A stretch of DNA of 64,000 nucleotides from Bugula neritina (lineage: Eukaryota > Animalia > Bryozoa), in NCBI GenBank assembly GCA_964035545.1, contig OZ037766.1, positions 11,832,722-11,896,721 of the forward strand, given 5' to 3'. A model generated the notes under the pieces. The model saw nothing but the letters and a program-made list of their open reading frames with translations, made no database searches and was not told the origin of the DNA. This document shows, in pieces, positions 26,206 to 38,800 of the stretch (position 1 is its first letter; the number at the start of each line of letters is the position of its first letter). The translations under genes and the position numbers were made by a program.

Positions 26206-27765
26206 ATGGCAACTAACACTAGGTTCACCGACCTCAATCGGTTTCTTAAGTTAGTTTTGAGCTCCGATAATCAGAGAAATGGTTTCAAGAAATGGTTGGT
26301 AAAATACAACCTGTCAGTTCGATTAACAACCCTTGAAATGGGTACTGAAATGCTGTCCAGTATTGCAGTAAATAGATTTAGAGGTGAAGCTAAGTTTCTA
26401 GCTCTGCTCAATGCCATTGGAGATGAGGGTATTGATGTGTTGCAATCTTCAGGATTTGATCTTGAAAGGAATGATGATAATGCTCATAATGATGCTTTAA
26501 ATTTGTTGAAAGGTCACTATGAGAAAACAGAAAATGTTCATGTGGCTTGGGTTAAGGCAGCAACTTTGTCTCAAACATGTGGCAAAGATGAATTAGAGTA
26601 TTTGCTACGTGTTGAGAAACATAGTAGAAATTTAGGATTTGTTGAAGGGGCTAATGTAGAAGACCTTAGACAAAGGTTTGCTATTAGTATGGCAGTAGTT
26701 AGTTTAAGAGATGAATATCTTAGAAGACAACTTATGCTTAATGAAAATATCACTTGGAAAGCGTTGTCTGATATTTTGAAGACTAGGAATATTGCTAGAG
26801 AATCTGCTGCAATGGTTTCTGAGGTTAGATCTAGTAGCTCTAATTTGAATAATATCTTTGCTAACGTTGCTGAAGTTAGAGCTAAATCTGATAGAGTAGG
26901 GACTAGAAGGTCATCTCATTATGATAATGATAAACATGAAGGTAGATATAGTTCTAGAGATAATAGTCAAGATTATTCTCGCCACAAATCTCCAGACTAT
27001 AGGAGTAGACATAGAGCTAGCAGTAATAGTAGTAGTAGTAGCAGTTCAGACAGTTTATGTTATGTTTGTCATAAACCTGAGCATGTTGCTAGGAATTGTC
27101 CAAAAATAAGATGTTTTGCATGTGGAAAACATGCCCACATAGCAAGAGACTGTAGAATGCGTAGGTCTTGCAAGGACAAAGATTACTCTAGTAGAAGTAA
27201 CTATAGAAGTCAAAGGAGTAGTAGCTCAGATAGAGAATGGTCAGTGGGTAGTAAAGATAGTTCTTCTTGGAGATCACCTAGAACTAGAGCTGTCAGCTCT
27301 AGTAAGGTTAGATTTATTGATGAGGAACCATACGATAGAGCTGAAACATGGAAACAGAATCTTAGTGTTAATGATAGAAATATTGAGTTTGTTTTAGATA
27401 CTGGTGCAGACGTGTCTACAATCACTGAAGACACAAGTAAAACATTAGCACTTGAGCTTCACGAAAGTGATAGAGTTTTGAAGAGTGCCGACAACTCCCA
27501 GCTCTCAGTGTTAGGCAAAGCTGAGGTTGTTTTAGAAAGCAAGTTCAAGAAAACAGTAACTAACCTGTATGTTATTAAAGGTTCTAAGTCTAATATACTA
27601 GGTTTGAGGGAATTGAAGAACCATAGTCTGTTAAAGGATTGCTCAATTTTAGTTTATTACAATCACATTATAATTATGAACTATAATCTAATGTGTATGC
27701 AAGCAATTGTGACTTTGCAAAGGGATATGTGCCTAGAAAACAGCTTTTCAAAATTCCAATTTTGA
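26206..27765 (+). CDS. gag: Gag (two CCHC knuckles) fused to aspartic protease; last ~43 aa read from the inserted MITE
   Basis: CYVCHKPEHVARNC and CFACGKHAHIARDC knuckles, and the LDTGADVS protease active site, in a 519-aa ORF. Confidence 0.88.
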   Translation: MATNTRFTDLNRFLKLVLSSDNQRNGFKKWLVKYNLSVRLTTLEMGTEMLSSIAVNRFRGEAKFLALLNAIGDEGIDVLQSSGFDLERNDDNAHNDALNLLKGHYEKTENVHVAWVKAATLSQTCGKDELEYLLRVEKHSRNLGFVEGANVEDLRQRFAISMAVVSLRDEYLRRQLMLNENITWKALSDILKTRNIARESAAMVSEVRSSSSNLNNIFANVAEVRAKSDRVGTRRSSHYDNDKHEGRYSSRDNSQDYSRHKSPDYRSRHRASSNSSSSSSSDSLCYVCHKPEHVARNCPKIRCFACGKHAHIARDCRMRRSCKDKDYSSRSNYRSQRSSSSDREWSVGSKDSSSWRSPRTRAVSSSKVRFIDEEPYDRAETWKQNLSVNDRNIEFVLDTGADVSTITEDTSKTLALELHESDRVLKSADNSQLSVLGKAEVVLESKFKKTVTNLYVIKGSKSNILGLRELKNHSLLKDCSILVYYNHIIIMNYNLMCMQAIVTLQRDMCLENSFSKFQF

Positions 27766-28402
27766 GGGAGGTAAAATTTTCAGCCATGAAAAAGAATAGC
27801 CTAATACGTGACGTGTGAACGCCAGTAACTATGCTGCACGTGCTAATTATAACGCTAGTATTCAAGGTTGCTGAGCTCAACATCAACCAATAACGCTCAA
27901 GCAGTTACAGCGAGCTATATAGGTCAGCTTTGGTGTGCCCGTAATATTGCACAATCTGACCTAGTTTAAATCATCGCAAGCATTCATCCTAAAGAATGCA
28001 TGTTTTTGCTATGCTTTTTTCTAATGTTTACAAGCAAAATATGGCTTAATGTTATCACATACATGTTATTTAAAATGTCAAAAAACTATAGATTGAGATA
28101 ATTCACATTTGCACTTCTATAAATATACAAATTACGAGCTGAAAGACCACATCTCACAGTCATATTTCTATAGTTATTCATTTGTATAGTCACGTGACCA
28201 GCAGGAATGCTGGCGCTGTTACGTCACATTTCCCAGCTCATTTCAAAATCGACGTTTTGGCTGTTGCCAATCTACACCCTCAACTTCAACTAACTTTTTC
28301 TACCTTTGGTCAAATGCTTTTTGTCAATGCATGCTTAGAAAAACACAAAATTATGTGTGTTTGACCTAAATGGCCATTTATTAGACAAGATAGAGCAATC
28401 CT
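27635..28402. mobile_element. Kolobok/T2-type non-autonomous DNA transposon, 768 bp
   Basis: TTAA duplication at 27631-34 and 28403-06. TIR AGGATTGCTC(A/T)AT(T/C)TT. Removing it restores ...HSLLTVVSTEAQ in the gag-protease ORF. Confidence 0.85.
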
Positions 28403-29739
28403 TTAACTGTAGTTAGCACTGAGGCTCAGTTGGTCTCTTGGAGAAATACATTGAAGTAGTAGTAGTGACTTCTAGCACTTAGTTATAACTAGGGAAATTA
28501 CCAGTGGGCGACCTAGGTCAAACACCTGGTAAAGCAGATGCACAGGAAGTCCACCTTGGTGGCACAGTATTAGCCCACCCTGGTGGTGCTAAAGATGATC
28601 ACTTCGGTGATCAAGTTCACGACCACTCTAGTGGTCAGGCTAAAGTCCACTTTGGTGGCAATTTTGGGAACCACTTTGGTGGTAAACCAGACTGTGTACT
28701 GTACATAGAGGTTGGTATTTTGTGTTATCAGCCTAACTGGTATTTTAGTGTTACTGCTCAGCCTGACAAACCACTCAGTTCCATGTGTTACTTTATACTG
28801 CTAAATTCCTCAAAGGGGAGCATGGAATATTATGTACTCAACTCCATGTTTTGCTTTCTTTTAAATCTCCAAAAGGGGAGCATGGAATATTAAGTGGTTT
28901 ATCTCTATAAAAGGGAGGGCATGGAATATAATGCGGTTTATAGTCTTTAGCAGATAAGCTACAAGCTAACCTGAGGTGATTGGCTAACTGCCTTACAAGC
29001 ATTCGGATTTCTTACCAGCTTGTACGTCTTGGATATTGGCTATATTGAGAGTGAAAGTAAAGACCGCACGGGGACTCTTAGGCAGACTGTCGAGTAAGTA
29101 GGACCTTACATTTCAAGAACACTCTTTGTTTGCATTATTCAACCAATTGCACAAATTTAAATCTGTTATGAAAATCTTTAAGCTAGACCATGTAGTTATA
29201 GATACAAACAGGTAAATTACATAGACATGATTGTAATAGTATTTATATTATACTGTACATATAGTTTGATGAATAACATTCCACATATCAGCTGAATATT
29301 TGAAACATATATTATGTTATTCTGGTTATGTATTATGTTATGAAAAGCATAAACATATGCTGTAAAAATAGATGAGAGTGAAAAGTTATGAAATACATTA
29401 TGAGCATATAACATGCAGCAGGTGTATTCATTAGCTGTGAACCAGTAAGAGTTTGTTGAAATTTACAGAATCAAAACTGCATGAACTGCATCTGCATTGA
29501 TTTAAATGTTGAGTAGACTTCATTTCACTTGAACAGTATTTTATTTTCTGAGGTCGAAATTACTTTGTAAAATTATCACCCAATTTTTGTCAATTTCTTT
29601 TTCTTTTTTAATTTCAGTTTAGCTCTTTATAAGAAAAATTTGAGATAAACAATATTATAACCAGGAAGAAAAATTGAAAGTGTTGAAAGTGTTAAAACAA
29701 TTTGGTGTTCTTTGTAATTAATGAATGTCTTTAAATGAG

Positions 29740-29957
29740 GGAGCAGCCGTGGTCTAGGGGTCAAAGCGTTTGCTTATTTGTGAACACGAAGTCATGGGTT
29801 CGAACGCCGACAAAGGCCATTGGTGATGTTAGGAAGAGCATCCAGTCATAATTGCTCCTGTGCCTCATTTGAACAAGTCCTTAACCCGTTCTAATAAAAA
29901 CCCTTTCCAACAGGGGTTTCTCACAGGGATAGCGACTATAAACTTGCGTGAGTTTTT
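29740..29957 (+). mobile_element. tRNA-derived SINE, copy 2 (same insertion site, spread by segmental duplication)
   Basis: Near-identical to 23171-23388 with the same flanks. Confidence 0.85.
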
Positions 29958-30528
29958 TCTAAATAAGTATAAATAAGATTCGGAATAACACTTCTCTATC
30001 TCTGAGAGAACAAGTGGTAATTTTAAAGAAAATAAATGTGATTTTAATTCCAATTTCATTGTAATCAGAACCTATCAATATGTATAGATGTATCATAATA
30101 ATGATGCATATGCTGCAGTTTGAATCTATATTTTCCATGCACCATAAGATTACTTTTCCATCATTTAATTGTGCTTCTTGTGAAAAAAGTCTGTCATTGC
30201 TGCGTAACATTACAATAGCTAACACATTATTCACGCTTTTAATAATAAATACTATAGTTTTTCTCTGTTGGAATTTTGCACCTAAGACAACAAGCAGTGC
30301 ATGATCTCACTCAAGTTCTATTAAGTCACTATATTGTTATATCGGTACGAGAATAAATAGAAATATTTCAACATTATTAATACAACATATTTTTTTTCTT
30401 TTTGATTTCTCTGGTTAAATGAAATATCCGTGTAACTTAATTTACACTATTATTTTACGATAATATTTTTGTTGACAGTATGTAAACAACTTGTGCATCT
30501 GATGAAATGCAATGAGGTTTGTGATTGT

Positions 30529-33500
30529 GTGTGTGTTTTATTTCATCATAATATAGTGTTTTACAACTAGCATAAGTTACAAGAGCAGACAAACAGTTAG
30601 AAAGGAAACATAGTAACAAATAACAGTATATAAAAATAAAGCTGTCGGAAGTGATGATGAGGCCCAGTGCGAAATAGCATGGTTAGTGGTACGCGGGCCC
30701 AATGTTGGCATAACCATACAAGGCACCACAGATCACTCAACAGAGTGGAGGTTATGCTTCAATTCCGTTTTAAATTTACCAAGTGGCTGTATAATCTTTA
30801 AAAATTTTGGCAACTTATTCCACAGTGCAGTTATTACAAAATTGAAGGTGCGTTGACCAGCAAATGAGGAATAAAAGGGAACAGGAAGAGATTGCAACTG
30901 ATGACGAGTAGTATAGTGAGAGTGTGTCGAAAAGCTTCCTGAATAGTAGATTTTATGAGCTTTAATTAGCAGTTTGTACTTGTACAACTTGTCAACTGGT
31001 AAAATGTCTGATTTCCTAAACAGGTCTTTAGAATGATATCCAAAAGGTTTGCGGTGAATTATATGGACAATTTTCTTTTGAAATTTTATCACTCTATCAA
31101 AATAGACCCTAGGGTCCATCTTGATATAGTGATAAAATTTCAAAAGAAAATTTAATGCATCCAGCTGGATGCATTCCCATGATTCTATAGAGTAGCACAG
31201 CCTGGAATGTATAAGCGAATAGTATAACATAATCAAAATTCTTTTAGGAGCGAATGCATTTAAATGATAAAAAAGTCCTGAAATTGGTCGAAGATTTAAT
31301 AATATTTTCTGAATGTGGGATGACCAGTTTAAATTTCTATCAATTATCACACCTAAAAAATTTACTTCGTCAGCTGCTGTTATTGGTTTGTCGTTTATTG
31401 TTAATTTTAAATCAAATTGGAACTTATTTTGATAGTTCTTAAAAATAATGTAAGATGTTTTTTCATAATTAATTGTTAGCTTATTTATCTGGCACCATTC
31501 ACATAGTCTTTTAAGATCAGAAGAGATTTTCCCATATTCGTTGTTTAAATTTTTTGATTTTAGAAATAAGTTAGTATCGTCAGCATATAAAATTGGTGCT
31601 ACATATTTTAAGGTTTCGCAAAGATCGTTGATATAATATATTAGGAACAAGGTGGGACCTAGCACAGATCCTTGGAATACACCGCAAGTTATAGTTTGTG
31701 TATTGGATAGTGTATTGTTTGTTTTTGTGATTTGGGTTCTTTCTGTTAAATAATTATGCATCCATTTGATAGCAGATGAGCTAAAATTATATTTTTTAAG
31801 TTTACAAATTAAAATGTTGTGGTTCAAATGCTTTACTGAAATCAATAAATATGCCTAGTACGAATTCACCTTTATCAAAAGATTCTAGAATTTTGTTTGT
31901 AAAGTTAGAAATTGCGTCTGATGTACCCCTGTTATGTCTAAATTCAAACTGATTTTGAGTAAGGAGGTTATTGTTTTCTAAAAGGGCCAGTATTTGTTGG
32001 TTTATTAATTTTTCCATTACTTTGCTGAAGATGGGTAAAATTGAAATAGGTTGATAATTCCCACATTCATTGACAGAACCTTTTTTATATAATGGTGAAA
32101 CTTTAGCTATCTTTAATTTCGTTGGTATTTTTCCACAATCGATAGAACGGTTAATAATTTTACATAGAGGAGTAGTAATAATGTCTGACAAACGCTTAAC
32201 AAAGTTGGCGGAGATTTGGTCAAGGCCAGAAGCTTTATTTGGCTTCATTTGCGTTATGAGTGTTAACACTCTAGTTTCATTAACATGTTGAAGTTCAAAA
32301 GCACCATCAGTGCTGTTACTAATTTCAGAGTGAGAAAGCCGATGATCATTGTGTCAGATCAGAAAATGCATAGTGTTTTGTGTTTTTGCAGAGTAGATAC
32401 TGCACAATAATGTAATACATTTACAGAGAATAATATGCTGGTAGTGATTATAGTGTAATGGATTCTCATCCTCTATTGTTCTGAAATAACTGCGTGCATC
32501 AGTATACTATAAATACTGTTGCGTATCGTTCTTAATGCTGTAATTATAGTTAAGTAAGCTAGCTTGCTAATGCCTAAGTATGGTGATTACTGTTAAGCTT
32601 TCAGCATAATGTAATTTTACTGAAATACGCATTCTGAAGTTATGTAATATCTCTTTTACTAATAGTGCTTTTCTTTTGCTAATGTTACTTTCTTTTGTGT
32701 GTGTCCTTTGTTGCTGAGATCGGCATTTCGGTCTTCCGAAATGCCGATATTCGGCATTTTGGAACCCGATCTCGGCAACAAAGGAATGTCTTTGTCTCGC
32801 TTGTATATAAAAGCCAGCGAGTTCCAGTGTAGTTCAGACTACTACTGGAGCTCGCTGGTAGTAGGACCACATAAGCTGTATCTGATGCAAATAAAGTTTA
32901 TCTTTCATTCGTATTCAAATACCTGGCTTATTCTCTCTAACGCAAAGAGTATGTTCAAGCACTAGTTGCATTCATAACCCACAGTTTACTACATTGGTGG
33001 CAGCAGTGGGATTATACGAATAGCTAGTTGCTGGAAGAAAGAAGATGGCCCCAGGGGACCCAGCCCCTGAGGCAGCGGAGACACCAACCCTCACTGTTGA
33101 GGCGTTGGTCACAGCCCTCCAGGAATTGCGGGGGCAAGGACAGGCATCACCTGGTGACAGGTATCGCCTCCAGCCCCCGAATTTCGGAGGAGAAGGAGAC
33201 GTGTTGGGATTTGTAAAATTTTAACCTAGTCTTACATGAACACTAATTGGTAAACAAACATGAATAAAACCGGGACGTATATGATTATTCAATCATATTA
33301 ACATATAGATGACATTTAACGTTAATTATATACTTGATGAATTATACAAATTTGATATAACCTGGTGTTTTACTTCACTTATAAAATCTAATAACTACAA
33401 AGTCAACACGTGAACAACAACTAACACATATTATTATATATATTATAATCTTATTATAAAACATATATTCCAGAATATGAGTCATGGTAAAAATGATGCT

Positions 33501-35881
33501 GGTAAAACTTATAATCCCTAGAGATCTTTATATGGTCAAAGTCCAGAAATTCTCATCAACAACTCCTTTCCTATTACATTTTTTTAAACTGAAAGCTGCG
33601 GGCCAACCATGCAGCAACTTACTTGGTTGATCAACCTCAGAAATCCAAAACAACCCGACTATAAAAGGCAGCACAGAAGCAGCAACAGCATTCAACGATC
33701 AGAGGAGGATATCGACGATAAGAGGAGCAACCAATAATCAGAAGAGCCATAGCGTATTTAGTTTTACACGAAATTATTTAGAAACTCAGTTAAATTTAAA
33801 CCTAATCAATTTTGGAGTGAGAAGTTCTATTGTAAGTAACTTGATTTATTTTTCTTGTGATGTACTAATTTTTATTATTGTTTGTTTTATTACTGTATAA
33901 CTTGTACTTAGAGAAGTCATCATTGAATTGAAAATTTATTTTGAAGTTGCATAAATTACATTTGAAGGAATATTGTTGACATTTGGAATTTATTGAGTTA
34001 CATAGGTTGTTTGAGGAAACTGTCTTGGAATTGTTTGATTTTTTAAGTTACACCAAATTTATGTTTAACAGGCTTATCAATTTTTGTTGCCAGTATATTA
34101 TACACAGCGGGATTTCAAAGGGTCGCTAGGATATACATATATATATATATATATATATGTTTGTTTCATTTCTTTTGGGTTTGGTTATTATAATTTTTCT
34201 TGTCTTATAATTTTGTTTCCATATTATTATCAAATAGATATTTTAAAACGCATGCAAAATCCATAGTTTTGTTCATTTCCGGAGAGGCAGGTCCTAAATT
34301 TGTCTCACGAAATTTATAACCTGAGCGCTACCATTACACAATAACACATAGAACCACACATATTGTTTATACCTCTGATTACCTCTGATGAGGTAGAACG
34401 CTCTTGACCATCATATGACGTTAGTAGAGCGCCTCATGTGTGTGACAGTGAGTGCTCCGTTTTTTTTAGTGCTTCCGCATTACCGCTGATATTATTCAAT
34501 TTAGATAGTGATATTTAAAAGGAAAATTGATAGGTAAGCTAGGTAAATCCTCTCATGTCGCGTATCGTTCTTGGTAAGAAACTTTGGTGGTAACAGCTAG
34601 AGCGAGAAGAAATGGAGTTGGGTAAACCTTGGGTTGCTGATCTCGTAGTTACGGACATAAATAATATTGCCAAACCAAACCATTAATAAACATTTGTCGA
34701 GCGGAGATAACTCCTATATTTTTATTCTACAGTTATTGAATTGCCGACACTAATTTCAAAGCAGAATTATCAAATAATATCTAACTTGTTAATTGTCTCC
34801 CCTTGAATTAATCATCAAGCGAAAAGGTTATTTTCATTCAAGTAATAAATATATAAATATACACATATTTCAATAAGTCTATAATTATTAAATATTATTA
34901 AAGTTATTGTATTGTTAATTAAATTATTTTATTATTTTATTTTCGTTCGACAATTGTTAGCAAATTTAGAAGCTAGACGCTTTCCAATATTACTAAAGTA
35001 AGAGTTAAATTTTTCAGCTATTTCTGTATCGCTTAAGGCTACCCGAGATGGATCTTGATAGCATACTATAAATTTAGATGGAAGCTTTGGACTAGTATTT
35101 TTTGGTTTTCTCAAAAGCTCATTGTTTATTAATTCCCAAATCTGTTTTGGATTAGCACAGCTTCTATCTAAAGCTTCTAGAAAATAATTATACTTTGCAC
35201 TTCTCAGTTGCTGTTCAGTTCTCAATCTTTTATATTTAACTTCCAACTTTGTACTTAATGGAGATTTTCGCCAATTTCTATAAAAACGATTTTTCTTTTT
35301 TATCATAAACAGAAGATCCCCATTTATCCATGGCTTTGAAATGCTTTTATTTTTAGCAAGCTTTGCTCTATGCTCTATTTTACAGCTGTTTATAGGTTCA
35401 GTAAGTTTTTGAAGGAATTTAGAATGTTCAGAATGTTCATTTGCTTCAACACGGTTTTCTAACAACTGAAGTTTATTAATTTTAGCCTCCATAGCTGCAA
35501 TAGAGATAGCCATTGCTTTATGCTGAGTTTGAATATCTTCATTCTCTTGGTGAATAAACTGCAAGGACCTATCAAATTCACTTTGTTTACTTTCAATGGT
35601 GTTCAGCCGACTTTCAATAGTTGCGAGCTTGCTGAGAATAACATTCAATTTGTCATTAATGTCTGTAAGTTTCTGAAAAGTATCTTCCTCAATATCTGAT
35701 GTAGATCTAGTACTTTTCTTAGCAGGCATAATGATGGATCCGTCATGTACTAAACACTTACCCGATAGAAATATCACCACCCTCACATCCAAGATTCACC
35801 AGTGTGTGTTGGTTGATTTAATCCTTGGTCATTTATTAGCTGATCTAAGTTTCCTTTATGTTGAAAGCAAAGTTTGAAAAA
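30529..35881 (-). mobile_element. CR1/L2-group LINE, copy 1 (internally deleted, interrupted at 32352-34952)
   Basis: RT motifs (QGSVLGP, YADD) in ORFs 30733..31845 and 31802..32269. On the minus strand the 3' end is AATAAA followed by (CA)n. ORF1 start MPAKKSTR. A deletion of about 1.35 kb at ~35421 removes the ORF1 C-terminus and the endonuclease. Confidence 0.92.
32352..34952. mobile_element. Composite LTR-derived insertion: TG...CA ends, LTR plus PBS plus gag start of a Gypsy family, and unassigned sequence
   Basis: Ends TGTCAG...TTCGACA with 4-bp TSD ATTG (32348-51, 34953-56); the empty site is at ~55537. TATA at ~32804, AATAAA at ~32890, LTR end ...ACTACA at 32992, tRNA-Leu PBS TGGTGGCAGCAGTGGGAT at 32994. 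Gag N-terminus at 33045-33203 (DRYRLQPPNFGGEGDV; compare DRYRLKAPTFTGEEEV in the 48-kb gag). Confidence 0.75.
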
Positions 35882-38800
35882 TGTCCTGCTGTAGGCTACT
35901 TCTGGCTTTATATAGCAAATCTGTGCCAACCTCAATGGTAGTTAAATATGCAGCTTATTCAATAACCTGTCAATCAAGTACTCTCCCTTGACTGTCCATG
36001 CACCGCTCTGATGAACATACAGTTAGGTGGGCAGGTCTATGGATATGGTAACCTGCTGTCATTCTATTTTAATAATCTAAAATAAACACCTAATAGTGGT
36101 GTCAAAAGAGCGGAAAAAAACAATTTGAAGCATGTGATGTGAAGTTTCATTGCACTTTGGCAATACAAATACACTGGTTTTTGTATTGCATTAATAAGCT
36201 CATACTGCATGGTGTAAAAATTAGTTTAGATTTCCCAACAAGTTTATGTAATGTAAAATTGTTAAACATGATTATAGAGCAAACAATTGTGATGACTTTC
36301 ATATCAAAGCAGCAGCAACACTATATAATATAGCAGTATAATTATACAAATTATGAAGAAAATGATCAGTCATTGTGTTAATTGTCTTTCACTTTGACAG
36401 AAAAAAGTTTAGTTAAGTTCTATAGCTACCATATACGTACATATGTATTGTGTTCATACAAGTGAGTTAAAAAAACGCAAACAAAATAAACTGCCAGGTT
36501 ACCATTTTATATTAACTCACTAATATTGGATGTTTTATAGCTCTGCAATTTTTTAAGGTTGAAGTTGAATTTGAAAATATTTACTTAGTAGGATATAACT
36601 ATAGATTTGAAAGCATCACAGTTGATAAGTTTTCTAATTGTTAAGTACTCATCATTTGTTTTTGAGTTGCTAAAACCAACATCATTCTTTTTTGTTCAGT
36701 TTTATGTTATGTTTTATTAACGATTTTTAAAAAAAATAAATAGATGCAATAATTATGCTCGTAAGCTCAACCCATGTGTGACAACTAACAAGAAGTACAT
36801 GATGATTGAAACATGTGTGCAAAAGCATGACGATTGGAACACCATCTGTGTGAGAACTCTGAGTCTGTAGTGGTAAAACATCACGTGGCTGTTAGTTTGG
36901 ACGCTGCACGTGTCAGTTGCTACTCTTGCATAATAAATGAGGTGTCATACAATTATGAAAAAATAGTACAAAAATGCAGGAGATGTAATTGTTTGAGAAT
37001 TGTTGTTGTTTCTGTGTTGATAGTAGTTCAATGCTCACTATTCTATTGCTTAGAAATACTGTTTTGAATAAGTTATTGCTATATAATGATATTATGAATA
37101 TATATATGAGGTGAAAGCAGACCAATTAGGATAATGCAAATTATGAAAATATAGAAAATTGACAAATTTGTAGCTCAAGTCAAATTTATACTCAGGTTGT
37201 ATCCATAATGAAGATGTCATATTCTATACATTGATATCTGATAAAATATTACAACACCTTTGTACAGTTGAAATAAAAGCTCTTAAATTAATTCAGCTAT
37301 AATCTAGATTCTAGTGTCATGCCAACAATTAACTTCAGTTACTATATATAGCTGGGAAAAAACCCAAAAAAATTTAAAATATTCCAGTTCACAAAATTCA
37401 TTTCATGCCAATGTAGGTAGCAAATTAACATAATGATTGTGGGTAGAGGAAAATTTGCATCAACTCTGTAAATATTTGTAGTTACTTCATGGACAAATAT
37501 AAGACATTCCACCCTGTTGTTTCAGCTACATGTGACTGGCCTAAAAGTAGAACACTCTTTGTTTGCATTATTCAACCAATTGCATAAATTTAAATCTGTT
37601 ATGAAAACCTTCAAGCTAGACCAAGTGGTTAGATACAAACAAGTGAATTACATAGACATGATTGTAGTAGTATTAATTCTTTTTTGTACATATAGTTTGA
37701 TGAATAACATTCCACATATCAACTGAATATTTGAAACATATATGATGTTATTCTGGTTATGTATTATGTTATGAAAAGCACAAACATAAATGCTGTAAAA
37801 ATAGATAGGAGTAAAAAGTTATAAAATGCTTTATAAGCATATAACATGCAGCAGGTGTATTCATTAGCTGTGAACCAGTAAGAGTTTGTTGAAATTAACA
37901 GAATCAAAACTGAACTGAATCTGCATTGATTTAGATGTTGGGCAGACTTTAATTTCACTTTCTGAGGTCGCAATGTCTCTATAGGACGTATTTGCTTAGC
38001 TTTGTAAAATTACCACCAATTTTTTTCAATTTTCTTCTCTTTTTCAATTTCAGTGCAATTTTATGAAAAAAACTCCGTATATACAATACAGTTTATAATC
38101 AAAAAGAAAAATTGAATATGTTGAGATCGATATAATAAAACAATTTGGTGTTTTTTGTATGTAATGAATGTCTCTAAATAAGTATAATTAACAATCAGAA
38201 TAACATTTCTTTATCTCTGAAAAACCAAGGTGTAAATTCAAAGAAAATTAACATAATTTTAATTCCAATTCCATCATAATCAGAACCTATCAATATATAC
38301 AGATGTATCATAATACTGATGCCGCAGTTGGAATTTATATTTTCCATGCACCATAACATCACATTTCCATCATTTAATTGTGCTTCATGTAGAAAAAGTC
38401 TGTCACTGCTGCGTAATATCACAATATCCAACACATTATCTACACTTCTGTTAATAAATATTAGTTTTTCTCTTTTTTCTGTTGGAATTTTACACCTAAG
38501 ACAACAAGCAGTGTATAATCTCACCCAGGTTCTATTAAGTCACTATATTGTTATATTGGTACGTATAAGAACAAATAGAAATATTTCAACATTAATATTA
38601 CAACAGATTTTATTTTTCTCTTTGATTTCTCTGGTTGTGAAACAACCTTGTAACTTTTACACCATTCTTCTACTTTAATAGATATAAAGTCCGAGTACGG
38701 GTTTAAATACAAGGCTTAGGATATATATGTTTTGCAAACTATATAGATTCAACATTCTGCATCACATCAGGAGTTTTGAACTTCACTGATGCAATGCAGT

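Larger units (their letters stand above)
25600..29115 (+). mobile_element. Non-autonomous Ty3/Gypsy-type LTR retrotransposon (gag-protease only, probably Mag-like)
   Basis: LTRs 25600-25787 and 28922-29115 (TGGAAT...ATT(C/T)CA; 5 substitutions plus a 6-bp indel). 5-bp TSD AGAAC at 25595-99 and 29116-20. PBS and PPT are present. No RT, RNase H or integrase sequence. Confidence 0.92.

Noticed and set aside
28504-28893. 129-aa HxGG-repeat ORF as a gene
   Set aside because: It has a GTG start, is derived from short tandem repeats, and runs through the duplicated PPT region.
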